From the NCBI RefSeq assembly GCF_964355755.1, contig NC_092679.1:24659432-24723431 (forward strand): DNA of 64,000 bases, written 5' to 3'. Shown here in pieces: positions 60,401 to 64,000 of this stretch; the first letter of the stretch is position 1, and every line of letters begins with the position of its first letter. Below the pieces are notes generated by a model. That model made no database searches, was not told the origin of the DNA, and was given only the letters and a program-made list of their open reading frames with translations. The translations under genes and the position numbers were made by a program. This DNA is from Antedon mediterranea (lineage: Eukaryota; Animalia; Echinodermata).

Positions 60401-63400
60401 CGGTTAACAGGTCATTAAACTGCTCAAGTTCAGTTGCTAGGAAGCCGTTTGTTTATAGTCATCCAAAACTGAAGAAACTGGAAGAAGTTGTACATTTGCA
60501 TTTTGATAACTTCAAAAATGGTAAGTGCTACAAATGTTTGTATCGTTATTTTAAATTATTTATATTTAAAATGTGATTTAAATTCACAAAACTTAAGATT
60601 AAAGGCAGTTTTTGGAATCTTGTTGTGAGGTGTTTTTCCGAATGATCATACGAACAAAACGGTACTGGGTAGAATGTTTTTGGAATAAATGTAATGCTTT
60701 TTGTTCTATATAGAGACGGAGAACACTTCAAATGCACAAATGAGCACGCGTGTGATGATCTTTACTCAGTATCGTGACAGTGTACATGAAATAACAGATA
60801 TGTTAAATCGACATAAACCAACAATTAAATGCATGTCATTTGTCGGCCAATCATCCGCTGGTAAATCAACTAAAGGATTTACCCAGAAAGAACAACTTCG
60901 GGTAAGCATGTATTAATAAAACCATTTTATCGGCCATTTTTTAACAAATCTCATTTCTTACATTTATTATAAATTCAAATCAAATTTATTGATTATTAAA
61001 TTGTTTTCCTGACACTAAGAATTCTAATAATGAATATGTTTGCAACCAAGCTGTCCAAATTACCTTTTCAAGATCCTACTTTTTACTGCACATGATATTA
61101 TTTTCCTATATGATGCGTTTAAAGTTTTTCATCTGACATTACTAGAATAAAGTTAGTTATTAATTAAAATTGTTTTGGTTGAATATTTAAATTGAAATCT
61201 AATGATTTTGTTTAGGTTGTGAAAGAGTTTAGGACAGGTGGATACAATACTATTGTTTCTACTTGCGTTGGAGAAGAAGGTTTGGATATTGGGGATGTTG
61301 ATTTAATTGTTTGTTACGATGCTTACAAGAGTCCGATACGCCTAGTGCAGCGCATGGGGAGAACAGGTCGAAAAAGAAAAGGCCGTATCGTAATGTTAGT
61401 TACAGAGGGTAAAGAAGAGCAAGTTTACAATCAGAGTTTGTCAAATAAGAAAGGAATCCATAAAGCACTGCAGAACAGTAGCAAAAAACTTGATCTTTAC
61501 AGGAACAGCCGGCGCATGGTACCAAAGGGCTTGAATCCTAGTGTGCATAAGATGTACCTTACAGTAGCAACAGCCTTCAAGAGTAAAACAGATAAAGCAT
61601 CAAGCTCAGCCTCACGCCAATCTAAAATAAAAAATAACAATTTCCCAGGTAAGGTTATTGTCATTCGATTGGTTAATATCATAATTCATGACGTTTGTAA
61701 TTTTGTTCTATTCAATCAAGTTTTTAACGGTTTCATTCAACAAACTGTTTTTATTGTGACAATTTTGTGTAAAAGTGCATGTGGCCCCAGGGAGTTTATT
61801 TAAGAGGAAAATTTATTCCAAATGATGTTTTATTGGGGCGTTTATTCAAAATGGGGCGTTTATTTGAATAGATGGTATACTTTACTTTATACATTTAGGC
61901 AGAAAAGATGATTCATTCCTAAATGTAGAGGAACTTGCGTATTGGAATCTTCATTACAAACTAGATGATCATAAAAAAAACCTTGTGAAGACCATTCCCG
62001 CTGGCGGGAGGTTCCTGACCATAGGTGACAGAACATCATCTCAAAAGGTAAAATATCTAGCTTATTGGAATGTACTGTACCCTACTATTTAGTTTTATTG
62101 TCTACTTAAAAGCTAATATCAACTAAGTATACAGTTTATACTATTTATTTTTACTTTAGAAACCAAAATGTGTAGCTGGTGAGTTCTCATTATCAGAGTG
62201 GTCAATTTGGCAGACTAAATTTCAGCCAACTAAATTAGTTGACCATTCAAAACGTTGTAGACATTTTGTTGAAATGGAAGAGTTTTTAGAAGTGCAAGGG
62301 TTTGCTGACGGAGAAGATGTCTATGGGATGGAAATGGCTACATTCCTAAATAAAGATGACATCATTAGAAATAAGAGAGGGATTCAGAGATTCTGTATCA
62401 ACAAACAATTGGACGGCAGATGTTCATCGGGAGAAAAGGATAATCGGGAGGAAGATAAGGCGGACAATCATGTTCCAAAGAGTAAATCACATTGGATATC
62501 TGGTGACGGTACAAATAAGACAAATAGCACTGAGAAACTTGTTGCTTTAAAAGACAATTGTGACAGGAATTTTGAGAATCAAGAAGGTGTTTCTGGTAAA
62601 CAAAAATCAAAACCTGAGATTTTGTCACCTGTGTATCCACCTGTGTATTCTGATGAAGTTGATTTTCAATGCAAATATTTGAAAGAAGATGGTAGAATAG
62701 CAGTTTATGAAGGAAATAAAGATTTAAATGAAGAAATGGCAATTTCAACTCAGGTATGGCATTATCTTATCTTTGCTCTGATTACTAGCTGCATTATTAT
62801 AGGAGTTTGTTTCCATATGTTTATGATCCAACAAATAGCCGGGGTAATAATGTGCGGCGCATTGAGAGCTTGATTTTATGTGCTATATAGAATTTACTAT
62901 TATTATTATTGGTATTGTTTTTGTCATTGTTATTAATACAGAAAAAGATGTCAGAATTAGAAGATTCACCAAGACAGGCAAACAATGGCATTTGTGGTAA
63001 ACGAAAAAAGAAAACCAAACATTTATCACCTGTGCATTCTGATGATGATAATGATGATTTTCAGTGTAAAGGTGTACTTTCAAAAGTAGATTTTGACAAT
63101 GGTTTAAATAACGTGGAAGAAAATAAAGAACTTGTAAAATCTTCTTTCTATTCAGAGCAGGTCACTGAGGAATCAGAATGTATGCAGATAAATCAATCAT
63201 TTAAGGGAGCTTTAGATGCTAACATGCCTGATGAGGAATGTGAAATATCTGTTGTATTTCCAAAGACCCAAGTAATTTGTGGGGAAAGATTGCCAGCAGT
63301 TTTAGACAGGGTGACCATTCCTCCTAAAGCGCCAAATATTTCAAGTCTTGATTTTCTTGATGATATTGATGATCTTGAGCAAAGTATTCAAATATCAAAA

Positions 63401-64000
63401 AGTACTATTAATTACAACTTGGATTCTTTCAATAAGTCTTTAGTTACATTTGGTGATTTAAGTAAGAAATCTGAACAGATATCAGAGAAAATAAAAGTTT
63501 CAGAAGGAATTGACACTATACAGATAAATCATACAAACGTAGTTTGTGATGTTAAAGAAGCTGTGATGGAGAATGAAAGTGAAGCGATTGAAGTTGTGGA
63601 TCTTGATTCAGAATGGGATTTTGATTTGTCAGATGTTGAGAATGAAGCAAGTGAAAAATCAATTGAAGTTAGGAAAATATCTCCATACATTGCAAATGAT
63701 CACAAATTATGTATTAACAAGACAACAGAAGGCTCAAATATTGATGTTATCTCACTTGAAGATGTAATGTGTAGCACAAACAGGCAAGAGCATCACAACA
63801 TCAAAGACTGTATCTCATCTAAGACAACCATTAAAGATGGTGTGAGAATTATTGGGAGATCACCTCCAACATCTCAGGGATTTATTCCAAATTGTAGTAA
63901 TGTAGATTTGGTAAATAAAGATCACTTTGGACTTAAAGAAGTTGAACGTTCAGGAAATAAACAAGAATTTGATCTACGATTTGATCTAAATGACTTCTTA
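57462..64000 (+). CDS. FANCM: Fanconi anemia group M DEAH helicase/translocase; first 12 coding exons, continues beyond the window
   Basis: Exons 57462-58032 ([46 protein letters not shown]), 58370-58542 (VVDEAHKA), 58633-58710 (LALSATPG), 58956-59114, 59500-59631, 59926-60167, 60411-60520 ([10 protein letters not shown]), 60714-60901 (RVMIF.QYRDSV), 61216-61648 ([22 protein letters not shown]), 61899-62047, 62160-62753 ([16 protein letters not shown]), 62942 to >64000. All GT-AG with consistent phases. Confidence 0.97.
57502..57602 (+). repeat. Coding 21-bp repeat (SGHSSNP x4) in the FANCM N-terminus
   Basis: CCGTCTGGCCATTCCTCAAAT repeated four times in frame. Confidence 0.9.

Overview
AT-rich, intron-rich animal (probably marine invertebrate) genomic window; the taxon is an inference. 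Four host genes can be spliced by hand with GT-AG junctions and consistent phases: TASP1/taspase-1 (+, 330-23702), EAPP (-, 43543-39682), a secreted F5/8 type C (discoidin) protein (-, 55690-47757) and FANCM (+, 57462 to beyond the window end). A fifth intact four-exon ORF (-, 46019-44038) encodes a Merlin/IS1595-family transposase whose first catalytic Asp appears replaced by Val. It is the best candidate for an undescribed domesticated gene. Introns and intergenic DNA hold a four-level nest of non-autonomous DNA transposons (TSDs readable for three of them), Helentron-like elements, several MITEs, a decayed L1/Tx1 LINE, a tRNA-derived SINE and a tandem pair of minimal hammerhead ribozyme motifs. 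There are also patchworks of decayed gene fragments (NACHT, ankyrin, RT, piggyBac) and many 30-114 bp tandem arrays that appear to be seeded from exon ends, a stop codon or TE termini. All calls are by eye; no database searches were run.
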